From: Myxococcales bacterium
GTDB lineage: Bacteria > Myxococcota > Myxococcia > Myxococcales > Anaeromyxobacteraceae
Assembly (NCBI GenBank): GCA_038320275.1
Contig: JBBQEB010000008.1
Location: 1 to 49,318, forward strand
Length of the DNA: 49,318 nucleotides
Reading direction: 5' to 3'
Part shown: positions 36,331 to 46,748 of the stretch, piece after piece
Numbering within the stretch: position 1 is the first letter of the stretch
How the letters are laid out: each line of letters starts with the position of its first letter
The notes under the pieces: model-generated
Database searches by the model: none
Seen by the model: only the letters and a program-made list of their open reading frames with translations
What the model was told of the DNA's origin: nothing
Made by a program: the position numbers and the translations under genes

Positions 36331-38325
36331 CTACGGCATCACCCGGAACGGCCGCATCATCGAGTGCTCCTCGTGGGCGAGGATGTGGCAGTGCCACATG
36401 TATTCGCCGGGCCGGTCGAAGTGGGCCCGGATGCGCACGTAGCCCCCGGGGGGAACCCTGACCGTGTCCTTCAGCCCAACCTCGTTCGCCGCCACGGTGT
36501 AGCCCGGGTCGAAGTCGGTCTTCTCGACCGTCTTGCCCAGGAGGTCGGTGTTGGGGTGGAGCGCGCCCGGCTGGAGCACGCCCATCACGCCGCCCGCAGC
36601 GGGCCGGTAGCCCTTGGGATCGTAGGAGCCCTTCTCCAGCACCTCGAACGCCACCAGGTGGAGGTGCATGGGGTGCATGTCCACCGTGGTGTTGACCATG
36701 ATCCAGTCCTCCACCGCGCCCAGCCTGGGGGTCTCGGTCACGGGATCTCGGAAGCGCAGCCCATTCAGCCGCAGCTCGAGCCGGGGAGCCACGCCGCCGT
36801 CGTCCACGAAGTAGATGTCCGTGCGCTCCTGCAGATCCACCACGCGCGTGTGGGACGGCGCGGCCAGCGGAGCGTGGGCGCGGAGCGCCACCGGCAGCGC
36901 GCTCGCATCGGGGGCCGCGAGCGGCTTCACCACCCTGAACTGCATGATCTTGCCGGTGGTGTTTGCGTTCACCGGGTCGCCGTCCGGAAAGGGCGTCGCG
37001 GCGTCGTTCCGCAGCACCACCGTCTTCCCCGCCAGCGCGGAGAAGTCGAGGACGAGGTCGGCCCGCTCGCCGTTGCCCAGCAGCAGGCCGTCGTCCGGGC
37101 CGGCGCCGACCAGGACAGGCGCGGGGAGGAGCCCCCCCTCGCTGCCGATCTGCGCCATCGCGAGCCCAAGGACCGGGCCCGTACCCTCGAGCTCCACCCA
37201 CAGGTTGTAGAACCGAGAGTCGGAGCCGTTGACCATCCGGAACCGGTACTTGCGCGGCTCCACGTCGAGGTACGGCCAGACGACGCCGTTCACCACGATC
37301 GCGTTGCCGAAGGTTTCCGGCTTGGAGGAAAGCATCGGCACGCCGGAGCGATCGAGGAGGGCCATCCCGGTGTACGGGTCGATGAGGGGGATGGTGTCGT
37401 ACGCGAGCGACCCGTCCTCCCGGAAGGACTTGTCCTGGAGCACGAGAGGGATCTCGTAGGCGCCGGAGGGCAGCCGGAGGGCGTCCTCGGCGGCATCGCG
37501 GACGAGGTAGAAGGCCGCCAGCCCGGCGTAGACGTTGAGGCGCGTCACGCCCATGGCGTGGTCGTGGAACCAGAGCGTCGAGGCGGGCTGGTCGTTCGCA
37601 TAGGCGTAATCGACCGTGTTGCCGGCCGGACCTCCCATCCCGTTGGCGGGCGCGGTGGGATCGTTCGTGAACCAGTACTCCGGGTGGCCGTCGAACTCCG
37701 CCGCCACGTGGCCGCCGTGGAGGTGCGGCACCGTCCGGACCTCCGGCATTCCCTCGTGCGCGCCGTCCACGGTCGTGTCGACCTGGAAGAGATGCTTCAC
37801 GAGAGGCCGCCCGTCCTCGCCCGCGAGCGCGTTGACGTAGCGCACGACGACCGGGCGGCCGCCCGGATCCAGCGTCGAGCGCGCCTCGATGGTGGCGCCG
37901 AGATAGCTCCCGCCGTACCCCCACGAGAGCGTACGGATCGGCTTTCCGGTGTCCGGGTCGAGGAGTGGCATGCCTTCCGAGGAGCGCAGGCCAAAGTCGT
38001 GCTCGCCCTGCATCGCGGTGACCACGTAGAAATCCGAGCCAGGAACGGTCGTCGTGTCCGGGACCATGGCGGGGATGATGGGGAGCGGCGTGATGAACTG
38101 CGCCAGGTCCTGCGGATCGAGCGGGCGCGACGGCGCGAGGGCGGTGCCAGCGTCGGCGGGCACCCCTGCGTCCAGTACCGGCAAACCCGCGTCCGCGACG
38201 CCGCCGTCGGCGATGGACGACCCTGCGTTGGGTGACGAGGCTGACGCTTCTTTCGACGACGAGCCGCAGGCGAGGAGGGCGGCGAGGAGGATCGTGAGGG
38301 CTGGGGGCGCGAAGCGAGGGGGCAT
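36331..38325 (-). CDS. Multicopper oxidase (CotA/bilirubin oxidase-like), predicted lipoprotein
   Basis: HLHG, WFHDH, HPMHLH, WHCHILAHEEHSMM copper motifs; lipobox-like LLAC after ATG 38325. Confidence 0.92.
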   Translation of the reverse strand: MPPRFAPPALTILLAALLACGSSSKEASASSPNAGSSIADGGVADAGLPVLDAGVPADAGTALAPSRPLDPQDLAQFITPLPIIPAMVPDTTTVPGSDFYVVTAMQGEHDFGLRSSEGMPLLDPDTGKPIRTLSWGYGGSYLGATIEARSTLDPGGRPVVVRYVNALAGEDGRPLVKHLFQVDTTVDGAHEGMPEVRTVPHLHGGHVAAEFDGHPEYWFTNDPTAPANGMGGPAGNTVDYAYANDQPASTLWFHDHAMGVTRLNVYAGLAAFYLVRDAAEDALRLPSGAYEIPLVLQDKSFREDGSLAYDTIPLIDPYTGMALLDRSGVPMLSSKPETFGNAIVVNGVVWPYLDVEPRKYRFRMVNGSDSRFYNLWVELEGTGPVLGLAMAQIGSEGGLLPAPVLVGAGPDDGLLLGNGERADLVLDFSALAGKTVVLRNDAATPFPDGDPVNANTTGKIMQFRVVKPLAAPDASALPVALRAHAPLAAPSHTRVVDLQERTDIYFVDDGGVAPRLELRLNGLRFRDPVTETPRLGAVEDWIMVNTTVDMHPMHLHLVAFEVLEKGSYDPKGYRPAAGGVMGVLQPGALHPNTDLLGKTVEKTDFDPGYTVAANEVGLKDTVRVPPGGYVRIRAHFDRPGEYMWHCHILAHEEHSMMRPFRVMP

Positions 38326-38460
38326 GGCGGGTTCCTTCCAGAAGGCCGCCACCTTGTACGACGCCGCCAGAAATGCGTACATCCCGTAAACGTCCGTTGG
38401 CAGGTGCAAGGCCCCCCCGGACATCGACCGTGGGTTTGGGGCGACCCTCGCCGAGAAGTC

Positions 38461-39999
38461 TCACGCCGGCGGGGAATGACGCTCTGCCAGCCCTGGCGAG
38501 ACGAGCACCCGCTCCAGCGCCCCGAACGCCGCCTCCATCAGAAGGGCGAGCAGCGCAGCCGGTATCGCGCCCTCCAGGATGAGCGGGACGGAGTCGAGCC
38601 GCAATCCGGTGAGAATGGGCTGACCGTACCCACCCGCGCCCACCAGCGCTCCCAGCGTCGCCGTCCCGACCATGATGACGGCCGAGGTCCTCACGCCGCC
38701 GAGGATGGAGGGCATGGCGAGCGGGAGCTCGACGCGCAGGAGTCGAGCCCGGGGAGGCAGCCCGAGCGCCCGCGCGGCCTCGCGCAGCTCCGGCGCGATG
38801 CCGGTGAGCCCGCCGTGCGTGCCCCGAACGATGGGCAGGAGCCCGTAGAGGAACAGCGCCGCCACCGCGGGGCGGGCGCCGATGCCGAGCGGCGGGATCA
38901 TGAAGACGAGCAGGGCGAGCGCGGGGATGGTCTGGAGGAGCCCCGTCGTGCCGAGCGCGAGCCGCGCCACCGCCCGCCGCCGGGAGGCGATCCCCAGCGG
39001 AACCCCCACCAAGAGGGCCGCGGCGAGCGCCACCGCGACGAGCGCCAGGTGTTCCCGCGTGCGGAGGAGCACCCGTCGCGCGAGGCCGTCGCTCCGCACC
39101 TCCATCCGTACCCCGAGCGCGCCCTGGAGGAACGCGGCCGCCACCGCCTCGGAAGGCTTTCCCCGCACCTGCACGTCGCCATTGAGCCGCCGCATGGTGG
39201 CCTCGTCGATGCGGCCCTCCAGGCCGCGCAGCGCGGCGAGCGCGCCCGGCGCGCGGCGGGCCAGATCGAGCCGGTACAGGAGCACGGCCTGATAGGCGGG
39301 GAATGCGTGCAGGTCGTCTTCCAGGAGCGCGATGTCGTGCGCCTCGATCTCCGGGTCGGTGGTGTACACGTCGGCCGCGTCGATGTGGCGAGCGGACAGG
39401 GCGCGGTAGGCGAGGTCGTGGTCGAGCCCGCGCACCTCCCGCGGGTGGAGGCCGTAGCGGGCTCGCGCGGCCGGCCAGCCGTCGCTCCGGTCCACGAACT
39501 CGTTCGTGAGCCCGAAGCGCAGCTCGGGATGGCGCGCCAGGTCGGACATGGTGCGTAGGCCGAGCCGGCGCGCCTCGGCGCGTAGGAGGCCGATGCGGTA
39601 GCCGTCCTCGAACCCGAGGGAGCGCGTCATGCCGAGCCCTTGGGCCGCCAGCGCCTGCGCCAGCTCGGCCTCGCTGGGCTCGACGGCGAGGCCCAGCAGC
39701 TCGCGGACGAGCGTGCCCGTGTACTCGGGATACACGTCGAGGTCGCCGCGCAGGAGCGCCGACCAGAGGATGCGCGTGCCGCCCAGCTCCCTCCGGTGGA
39801 GTGCCGGGACCCCGGCGCTCCGGAGAAGTCCCGCGGCGACATCGCCGAGGAGCACCGACTCGGTGAACTTCTTGGAGCCCACCGTGACGAGGCCGTTGGA
39901 GGTCGCGGTCGGGGTCGGGGTCGGGGTCGGGTTCGAGGTCGCAGTCGCGGTCGAGCTCATCCCGAGCGCCAGCGCTGCCAGGAGGCCCAAGCCCTTCAC
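38461..39999 (-). CDS. Osmoprotectant (glycine betaine-type) ABC transporter, fused substrate-binding and permease domains
   Basis: VGSKKFTES..L, DVYPEYTGT, LEDD..FP.Y; permease LQTIPALALL, EAARALG, GAGGYG. Confidence 0.9.
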   Translation of the reverse strand: MKGLGLLAALALGMSSTATATSNPTPTPTPTATSNGLVTVGSKKFTESVLLGDVAAGLLRSAGVPALHRRELGGTRILWSALLRGDLDVYPEYTGTLVRELLGLAVEPSEAELAQALAAQGLGMTRSLGFEDGYRIGLLRAEARRLGLRTMSDLARHPELRFGLTNEFVDRSDGWPAARARYGLHPREVRGLDHDLAYRALSARHIDAADVYTTDPEIEAHDIALLEDDLHAFPAYQAVLLYRLDLARRAPGALAALRGLEGRIDEATMRRLNGDVQVRGKPSEAVAAAFLQGALGVRMEVRSDGLARRVLLRTREHLALVAVALAAALLVGVPLGIASRRRAVARLALGTTGLLQTIPALALLVFMIPPLGIGARPAVAALFLYGLLPIVRGTHGGLTGIAPELREAARALGLPPRARLLRVELPLAMPSILGGVRTSAVIMVGTATLGALVGAGGYGQPILTGLRLDSVPLILEGAIPAALLALLMEAAFGALERVLVSPGLAERHSPPA

Positions 40000-40766
40000 G
40001 GCCGCTCCTCGGGCAGGGCGAGCCCGCGCTGTGCGCGCAGGAAGCGCGTGACGAAGGGGTCCTGGGGTACGCGCGCGAGCTCCTCCAGCGTGCCCTCCTG
40101 GAGGACGCGCCCATCGCGCAGGAGCACGAGGCGGCGCGCGAAGAAGGCGGCCTCGGCGAGGTCGTGGGACACCAGCACGACGGTCTTTCCGAGCGACGCG
40201 AAGAGGCCCTTCAGGTCGTCCTGGAGGTCGGCGCGGGTGAGGGGGTCGAGGGCGCCGAGAGGCTCGTCGAGGAGCAGCACCGCGGGGTCGAGCAGGAGCG
40301 CGCGCACGAGGCCCACTCGCTGCGCCTGTCCGCCCGAGAGCTGGTTGGGATAGCGCCCCAGCGCCGCCTCCTCCAGGCGGGCCAGGCCCGCCAGCTCCCG
40401 CACGCGCGCCTCGACCCCGGGGCGGGGCAGCCCGAGGTGTCTCGCCACCAGCGTCACATTCTCGCGCGCGGTGAGGTGCGGAAAGAGCCCGCCGCCTTGC
40501 ACGACGTAGCCGATCCGCCTGCGCAGGGCATGTGCGGAGGCCGTCATCCGCTCCCCGCGCATGCGCACCGCGCCTTCGTCCGGCGCGACGAGCCCGAGCA
40601 GCAGCCGCAGGAGCGTCGATTTTCCGGCTCCGCTCGGACCGAGGAGCGCCACCGTGCTCCCCTCCGCCACGGAGAGCGTGATGGGGCCGACGGTGGCACC
40701 GCCGGGGTGGCGGACCACCGCCCCATCGAGCTCGAGGGTGAGGGGCGCCGTCAGGGGCGCCGTCAT
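39996..40766 (-). CDS. Osmoprotectant ABC transporter ATPase
   Basis: GPSGAGKST, LSGGQAQR, LLLDEP, SHD; stop overlaps the next start. Confidence 0.9.
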   Translation of the reverse strand: MTAPLTAPLTLELDGAVVRHPGGATVGPITLSVAEGSTVALLGPSGAGKSTLLRLLLGLVAPDEGAVRMRGERMTASAHALRRRIGYVVQGGGLFPHLTARENVTLVARHLGLPRPGVEARVRELAGLARLEEAALGRYPNQLSGGQAQRVGLVRALLLDPAVLLLDEPLGALDPLTRADLQDDLKGLFASLGKTVVLVSHDLAEAAFFARRLVLLRDGRVLQEGTLEELARVPQDPFVTRFLRAQRGLALPEERP

Positions 40767-40867
40767 GGGCGGACCGGCCGCCAAGTGGGGACTTCCCTCA
40801 TGGCCGCGACCGCCCCCTCCCGATAGGTCCCGAAGTAGGCCGAAAGTAGGTCCGGAGGAGCTCGGGG

Positions 40868-41836
40868 ATGGAGCACGGCATCGCGGAGTGGGCAGCATTC
40901 CTGGGGTTCGTGCTGGCGATGCTGGCGCTCGACCTTGGCGTGCTCAACCGCAAGGACCATGTGGTGAGGGCGCGCGAGGCGCTGGCGTGGTCGGGCGTGT
41001 GGGTGGCCATCTCGCTCGCGTTCGGCGGCTTCGTGTGGGCGCGCTACGGCTCGGGCTCGGCCATGGAGTACCTGACCGGCTACGTCATCGAGAAGTCGCT
41101 CTCCATCGACAACATCTTCGTGTTCGTCGTCCTCTTCGGCGCGCTCGGGATCCCGGCGCTCTACCAGCACCGGGTGCTGTTCTGGGGCATCCTCTCGGCG
41201 CTCGTCCTGCGCGGCGCGATGATCGCGGGCGGCACGGCGCTCCTGCACCGCTTCCACGCCGTCATCTACGTGTTCGGGGGCTTCCTCATCCTCACCGGCC
41301 TTCGGCTGCTCTTCTCCGGGAACGCCGAGCCGCACCCCGAGAAGAGCGCGATGTTCCGGGCCCTGCGAAAGCTCGTGCCCGCAACCCCCCACCTCGACGG
41401 CAACAAGTTCTTCACGCGGGAGAACGGCCGCCGCGTGGCGACCCCGCTCTTCTTCGCGCTGGTGATGATCGAGCTCACCGACGTGCTCTTCGCGGTGGAC
41501 TCCATCCCGGCCATCTTCGCGGTGACGACCGACCCCTTCATCGTCTTCACCTCCAACATCTTCGCCATCCTTGGCCTGCGCTCGCTCTACTTCCTGCTGG
41601 CCGGCGTGGTCGACGAGTTCACCTACCTGAAGCCATCCCTCGCCTTCGTGCTCGTCTTCGTGGGAGGCAAGATGGCGCTCGCCGACGTGGTGCACGTCCA
41701 CCCCGCGGCGTCGCTCGGGGTCGTGGTGGCCATCCTGGCGGCGGGCATCGTCGCATCGCTCGTGAAGACCCGTGGCGCCGCGCCCAAGGCGCCGCCGACC
41801 GACCCGGCCGCCCCGCATCCGGCTCACCCGAGGTAG
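40868..41836 (+). CDS. TerC/Alx family membrane protein
   Basis: EKSLSIDNIFVF, QHRVLFWGI..A..LR, DVLFAVDSIPA, FTSNIFAILGLR motifs. Confidence 0.93.
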   Translation: MEHGIAEWAAFLGFVLAMLALDLGVLNRKDHVVRAREALAWSGVWVAISLAFGGFVWARYGSGSAMEYLTGYVIEKSLSIDNIFVFVVLFGALGIPALYQHRVLFWGILSALVLRGAMIAGGTALLHRFHAVIYVFGGFLILTGLRLLFSGNAEPHPEKSAMFRALRKLVPATPHLDGNKFFTRENGRRVATPLFFALVMIELTDVLFAVDSIPAIFAVTTDPFIVFTSNIFAILGLRSLYFLLAGVVDEFTYLKPSLAFVLVFVGGKMALADVVHVHPAASLGVVVAILAAGIVASLVKTRGAAPKAPPTDPAAPHPAHPR

Positions 41837-42579
41837 GCCGCGAGCACCCGCTCGTCGCGGCGCAGCTCGGCGGGAGTGCCCGCGACGACGATCCGCCCGC
41901 GCTCCATGACGTAGGCGCGGTCGGCGACGGTGAGCGCCGTCTTCGCGAACTGCTCCACGAGGAGCATCGTCATGCCCTCCGACTTGAGGCGAGCGACGGT
42001 CCGGAACACCTCCTGGACGATCACCGGCGCGAGCCCCATGGACGGCTCGTCGAGCAGCATGATCTTCGGCCGGGCCATGAGGGCCCTGCCGATGGCGAGC
42101 ATCTGCTGCTCGCCGCCGGAGAGCGTGCCGGCCGCCTGCTTGCGGCGCTCGGCGAGGCGGGGGAAGAGCTCGTAGACCCGGGCCAGGTCGGGGGCTGCCT
42201 TGGCGCGGAAGCCGAAGAACCGCGGCAGGCGGCTGTAGGCCCCGAGGAGGAGATTGTCCTCGGTGCTGAGCGGCCCGAAGACGTGTCGGCCTTCCGGCGC
42301 ATGCGCGAGCCCGAGCCGCGCGATGCGCGAAGCTCCCAGCCCCTGCACCTCGCGGCCGTCGAGGACGACGCGTCCCTTGGTGGGCGCGAGCTCCCCCGAG
42401 ATCACCCGCATGGTGGTGGTCTTCCCCGCGCCGTTGGCGCCGATGAGCGCCACCACCGTGCCCGCCCTCACCTCCAGCGTGGTGCCGAGCAGCACCGCTG
42501 CGAGCCCATATCCGGCATGGACGTCTTCCACCACCAGCATGGGCGCCTGAGCGGCGGCAGGAGAGCTGGGCGCGCTCAC
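41824..42579 (-). CDS. livF: Branched-chain-type (HAAT) ABC ATPase, LivF-like
   Basis: GANGAGKTT, PEGR, LSGGEQQMLA, LDEPSMGLAP, AYLG. Confidence 0.88.
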   Translation of the reverse strand: MSAPSSPAAAQAPMLVVEDVHAGYGLAAVLLGTTLEVRAGTVVALIGANGAGKTTTMRVISGELAPTKGRVVLDGREVQGLGASRIARLGLAHAPEGRHVFGPLSTEDNLLLGAYSRLPRFFGFRAKAAPDLARVYELFPRLAERRKQAAGTLSGGEQQMLAIGRALMARPKIMLLDEPSMGLAPVIVQEVFRTVARLKSEGMTMLLVEQFAKTALTVADRAYVMERGRIVVAGTPAELRRDERVLAAYLG

Positions 42580-44537
42580 GCCGGAGCCCCCACCGGAGTC
42601 GTGGCGATCGTCTCAGGACCGGCCTCGACCTCGCCCAGGTACGCCTCCACCACCCGGGGATGGCGCTTCACCTCGGCGGGAGACCCCTCCGCGATGACCT
42701 TGCCGCCGTCGAGGACGGTGACCACGTCGCACAGCTCGCTCACGACATCCATGTGGTGCTCGATGAGGACGATGGTGACCCCGCGCCCGTGAATGCGCCG
42801 GATCACCTCCACCTGCTTCAGCACGTCCGGGTGGGCGAGCCCGGCCGCGGGCTCGTCCAGGATGAGCACCTCCGGCCTCCGCGCCAGCGCGCGCGCGATC
42901 TCCAGGAAGCGCTGCGCGCCGTAGGTGAGATCCTTGGCGGGCGTGCGCGCCTGCTCCTCCAGCCCGACCAGGGCGAGCAGCGCCAGCGCGTCGGCCTGGG
43001 CCCGTCGCTCCTCGCCTCGCGCGAGACCCACCAGCACCGCCGGCAGGGAGCTCGCGTAGACGCCCTTCAGCGCCACCATCACGTTCTCGAGAGTGGAGAG
43101 CCCCGTGAAGAGCTGCAGGTTCTGGAAGGTGCGGGCGACTCCGGCCCGCGCTGTCGCGAGCAGGCTGCCCGCCGGGAGCGGTGCGCCGCGCAGGAGGACC
43201 TCGCCCGCGGTGGGCGTGTAGAGGCCCGAGACGACGTTCACGAGCGTGCTCTTGCCCGAGCCGTTGGGGCCGATGAGCCCGTGAATCTGCCCGGCCCGCA
43301 CCGTGAGCGAAACGCCGTCCACCGCCTTCACGCCGCCGAAGTGGCGCACGAGCTCGCGAAGGACGAGCAGCGGGGCCCCGTCGGCGGGGCGCGCCGGGAG
43401 CACGGCGTCGAGCGCGGAGGCTGGCGGGAGCGGTGGTGGGGCGATCCGGAAGAGCTGGGACAGGAAGCGGGTGGCGAAGCCCATCAGCCCCTCGGGCAGG
43501 CCCACCACCGAGAAGAGCATCAGCGCAAAGATGGCTTTGCGCCAATCCTCCGTGTTCTGGACCGTCACTGCGCCGAGGACGAGCGCGCCGGTGGCGACCA
43601 CCGGCGCGATGGCCTGGAAGGGGCCGAGCGTGCGCCGCACCAGCCCGCGGGACCCGGCCAGCAGCGCGACGGCGAGCCCGATTCCGGAGAGAGCCTGGAA
43701 GAGGGTTCGGTTGGAGAGGAGGTTCGGCAGGAGCGCCACCAGGCAGGCTCCCACCACCGCGCCCCAGAGGCTCTTCCGGCCCCCGAGCACGACGCCCAGG
43801 AGGAGCACCACCGTGAGCTCGTACACGAACGACTGCGGCTGCAGATACTGAAAGTTGAAGGCGTAGAGCCCGCCGGCGAGGCCGCCCAGCCCCGAGCCGA
43901 GGGCGAACGCCGCCACCTTGTGGCGGTAGGTGCCCACCCCCATGGCGTCGGTGGCGATGGGGCTGTCGCGGAGCGCCTCGAACGCCCGCCCCCATTGCGA
44001 GGAGAGGAGGTTGCGCATGGCGATCCACACCAGCCCCAGGAGCGCGATGCACAGCCAGTAGAAGGCGGGCGGCGTCAACGTGATGCCCAGCAGCGGGGGG
44101 CGCGGGAGGCTCAGCCCCTGAGCGCCGGAGGTGAGCCATTCCAGCTCGTTGAGCGCGGTGGTGGTGAGCGCGGTGAAGCTGAGCGTGGCGAGCGCGAATT
44201 GCGGTCCCTCGAGGCGCAGCGCGGGGAGCGCCAGCACCGCTCCCACCACGAAGCACAGGAGCGACGCCGCGGCGAGCGCCAGCGGTACGCCCAGGCCGAG
44301 CTTCGTGACGCACAGCGCGGCGGTGTAGGCGCCCAGGCCGAGGAAGGCCGCCTGGGCGAGGTTCACCTGTCCGAGGTAACCGACGGTGACGTCGAGCCCG
44401 ATGAGGAGGATGCCGTAGATCGCGAGCAGCGTGAGGAGGCCGAGCGCGTACGGGTTCGCCACCGCGAGGGGCACCGACGCCAGCATCGCGAACAGGGCCA
44501 GCTCGGCGCCGCGGACGAGGAGGAGGCGTCGCCACAT
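42576..44537 (-). CDS. Fused LivM-like permease and LivG-like ATPase
   Basis: Permease GYLGQVNL..AF.GLGAY, then GPNGSGKST, RTFQN, LDEPAAG, EHHM, AYLG. Confidence 0.9.
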   Translation of the reverse strand: MWRRLLLVRGAELALFAMLASVPLAVANPYALGLLTLLAIYGILLIGLDVTVGYLGQVNLAQAAFLGLGAYTAALCVTKLGLGVPLALAAASLLCFVVGAVLALPALRLEGPQFALATLSFTALTTTALNELEWLTSGAQGLSLPRPPLLGITLTPPAFYWLCIALLGLVWIAMRNLLSSQWGRAFEALRDSPIATDAMGVGTYRHKVAAFALGSGLGGLAGGLYAFNFQYLQPQSFVYELTVVLLLGVVLGGRKSLWGAVVGACLVALLPNLLSNRTLFQALSGIGLAVALLAGSRGLVRRTLGPFQAIAPVVATGALVLGAVTVQNTEDWRKAIFALMLFSVVGLPEGLMGFATRFLSQLFRIAPPPLPPASALDAVLPARPADGAPLLVLRELVRHFGGVKAVDGVSLTVRAGQIHGLIGPNGSGKSTLVNVVSGLYTPTAGEVLLRGAPLPAGSLLATARAGVARTFQNLQLFTGLSTLENVMVALKGVYASSLPAVLVGLARGEERRAQADALALLALVGLEEQARTPAKDLTYGAQRFLEIARALARRPEVLILDEPAAGLAHPDVLKQVEVIRRIHGRGVTIVLIEHHMDVVSELCDVVTVLDGGKVIAEGSPAEVKRHPRVVEAYLGEVEAGPETIATTPVGAPA

Positions 44538-44542
44538 GGTGG

Positions 44543-45421
44543 TCAGACCTTCCGGATGGCGGTCTTGCCGAAGACGCCGGTGGGCCGCACCGCCAGCGCG
44601 GTGATGAGGAGCACGAGGCCGGGCGCCTCGCGCCATCCGCTCCCGAGCGAGTAGCTGGCGAGGCTCTCCAGCGCGCCGAGGAACATGCCGACGACCACCA
44701 CCCCGTACCCGGAGTCGAGACCCGCCACCACCGCCACCGAGAAAGCCTTCAAGACCAGCGCGGAGGCCATGGTGGGGCCCACGGTGGTGATGGGGGAGAC
44801 GAGGATGCCCGCGAGGGCCGCCACGCCTCCCGAGAGCGCGTAGGAGAGCATGACCGTGTGCGTCGCCGAGATGCCCATCAGCTCGCTCGCGTCCCGGTCT
44901 GCCGAGACGGCCTCGAAGGCCTTGCCGTGGAGGGTGAGCCGCTTGAACAGCTCGATGAGCGCCATCACGGCGAACACGCCCAGCGCCACCGAGAGCTCCA
45001 CCGCCGTCACGTCCACCCCGAGGATGTGGATGGGGGCGGACGAGATGGGGGTGGGGAAGGGGCGGTCGTCGCGCCCCCATATGTTCTCGGCGGCCGAGAA
45101 GAGGAAGAGGCCGATGATGATGGTGAGGAGGATCCAGCCCTCGCTCTTCTGTTGCAGTGCGAGCCGGATCCCCGCGCGCTCCACCGCCAGCCCGAGGAGC
45201 GCGCCGAAGAGGAGCCCCCCTGGAACCACCAGCGCGTACGGCAGCCCCCAGTCGATGAGCGTCAGGCTGGCGAAGGCGGAGACCATGACGAGCTCCCCCT
45301 GGCCGAAGTTGATGCTCTTGCTGGTGGCGAAGGTGAGCTGGAAGCCGTACGCGATGAGCGCGTACACGAGGCCCATGAGCGCGCCGCTCACGGCCATCTG
45401 GCCGATGATGGAAGGGGTCAC
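44543..45421 (-). CDS. livH: HAAT ABC permease, LivH-like
   Basis: G.VYALIA.G.....INFGQG, RPTGVFG. Confidence 0.88.
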   Translation of the reverse strand: MTPSIIGQMAVSGALMGLVYALIAYGFQLTFATSKSINFGQGELVMVSAFASLTLIDWGLPYALVVPGGLLFGALLGLAVERAGIRLALQQKSEGWILLTIIIGLFLFSAAENIWGRDDRPFPTPISSAPIHILGVDVTAVELSVALGVFAVMALIELFKRLTLHGKAFEAVSADRDASELMGISATHTVMLSYALSGGVAALAGILVSPITTVGPTMASALVLKAFSVAVVAGLDSGYGVVVVGMFLGALESLASYSLGSGWREAPGLVLLITALAVRPTGVFGKTAIRKV

Positions 45422-45440
45422 AGGGGAAGAAGCCGAAGGC

Positions 45441-45472
45441 CCGCGGGGAGAGCGGAGGCGGCCTCCCCGCGG
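45441..45472 (-). terminator. Intercistronic stem-loop after the substrate-binding protein gene
   Basis: 10-bp perfect stem ccgcggggag / ctccccgcgg between the SBP stop and the permease start. Confidence 0.55.
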
Positions 45473-45479
45473 AGGTGCG

Positions 45480-46706
45480 CTACTTGGCCGACGCGCCCTT
45501 GGTGAGGCGCTCGCGGTCGGCGTCGTTGCCGAAGACCACCCGGCCGTCCTGCACCATTCCCATCACCACCTGCTCGCGCCGGAAGGCCTCGTGCGTCTCG
45601 ACCTTGGACGGGTCCCACTTGGAGTAAGGGTGGCGCCAGGTCGCGATGACGCCCTGCACCGGCTCCTTCAGATCCTCGAGCGCGTCGCGGATCTTCGCGC
45701 CGTCGGTCGACCCGGCCTGCTTCACCGCGGCGGCGAACAGGTACACCGCGTCGTAGCCCTGCGCGGCCGAGACGGGCGAGGGGATGCGCTTTACGTCGTA
45801 CGCCTTGTGGTACGCCTCGATGAAGCGCTTCGCCTTCGGGGTGATGGGCTCCTCGATGAAGGTCTGCGGCATGAGCGTTCCGTTGCCGTTCTTGCCCGCG
45901 TTGTCGATGAAGTTCGACATGGACAGCGTCCAGCCGCCGATGAGCGGATCCTTCATGCCGAGCTTCGCCATGCCGTTCGCCACCGCCGCGAGCTCGGGAC
46001 CGATGCCCCAGATCAGGATCGCCTGCGCGCCGCCGCTCTTGGCGCGGAGGAGCTGGGCGGTCATGTCCTTGTCGCCAATGTTGAACTTGTCGGTCGCGAC
46101 CACCTTCAGCTTGTCGCCCTGACGCTTGATCTCGCGGAGGAGGTCGTCTCGCCCGGACACGCCGTAGTTCGTCGAGTCGTGGAGCACGGCGACCTTGGTG
46201 AAGTTCCGCCGGATGGCCTCCTCCACCACCATGGCAGCCTGGATGCCGTCGTGCGCCGCGAAGCGGAAGATGGAGAGCGTCTTCGGGCCCTGGGGCGTCG
46301 CCCACTGCGTCATCGAGGCCGAGCCGGCGGCCGGGGTGATGATCTTGACGATGCCCTTCTCCTGCAGGTGCTTGTCGCCCGCGAGCACGACGCCCGTGTT
46401 CACGGAGCCGATGACCCCCGCCAGGCCCGGCGTGGCCGCGAGCTCCTGCCCGATGAGCGCCCCGCGCTCGTTCTTCGCCTCGTCGTCCCGCTCGATGGTC
46501 TCGATCTTCAGCTTCTTGCCGCCGACGTCGACGCCACCCGCGGCGTTGATCTCCGAGATGGCGAGCTTGGCGCCGTCCCGCATGGACACTCCCATAGGCG
46601 CCGAACCGCCGGTGAAGGGGCCCGTGATGGCGAGCTCGAGCGTGTCGGCGCCCAGCGCCGGAACTGCGAGTGCACAGAGGAGCAGCGCGATGGAAGTCCG
46701 GAGCAT
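45480..46706 (-). CDS. HAAT (LivK/LivJ-like) ABC substrate-binding protein
   Basis: Signal peptide; GPFTG.SA..G...DG.KLA..EINAAGG, YG..G, QGYDAV motifs. Confidence 0.9.
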   Translation of the reverse strand: MLRTSIALLLCALAVPALGADTLELAITGPFTGGSAPMGVSMRDGAKLAISEINAAGGVDVGGKKLKIETIERDDEAKNERGALIGQELAATPGLAGVIGSVNTGVVLAGDKHLQEKGIVKIITPAAGSASMTQWATPQGPKTLSIFRFAAHDGIQAAMVVEEAIRRNFTKVAVLHDSTNYGVSGRDDLLREIKRQGDKLKVVATDKFNIGDKDMTAQLLRAKSGGAQAILIWGIGPELAAVANGMAKLGMKDPLIGGWTLSMSNFIDNAGKNGNGTLMPQTFIEEPITPKAKRFIEAYHKAYDVKRIPSPVSAAQGYDAVYLFAAAVKQAGSTDGAKIRDALEDLKEPVQGVIATWRHPYSKWDPSKVETHEAFRREQVVMGMVQDGRVVFGNDADRERLTKGASAK

Positions 46707-46748
46707 GGGTCGTTTTCCCCGCAAGCGTGAGAGGCGTGTGAAGGCGCG

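Noticed and set aside
39898..39955. Hexamer repeats (ggtcgg/ggtcgc)
   Set aside because: Encode an ordinary Pro/Thr linker after the signal peptide.
36278..40114. 1278-aa minus-strand ORF
   Set aside because: Off-frame overlay of the osmoprotectant transporter and multicopper oxidase genes; Arg/Pro/Gly-rich with no motifs.
40741..40764. 12-bp tandem duplication (TAPL-TAPL) at the ATPase start
   Set aside because: In-frame slippage in an unconserved N-terminus; no evident function.
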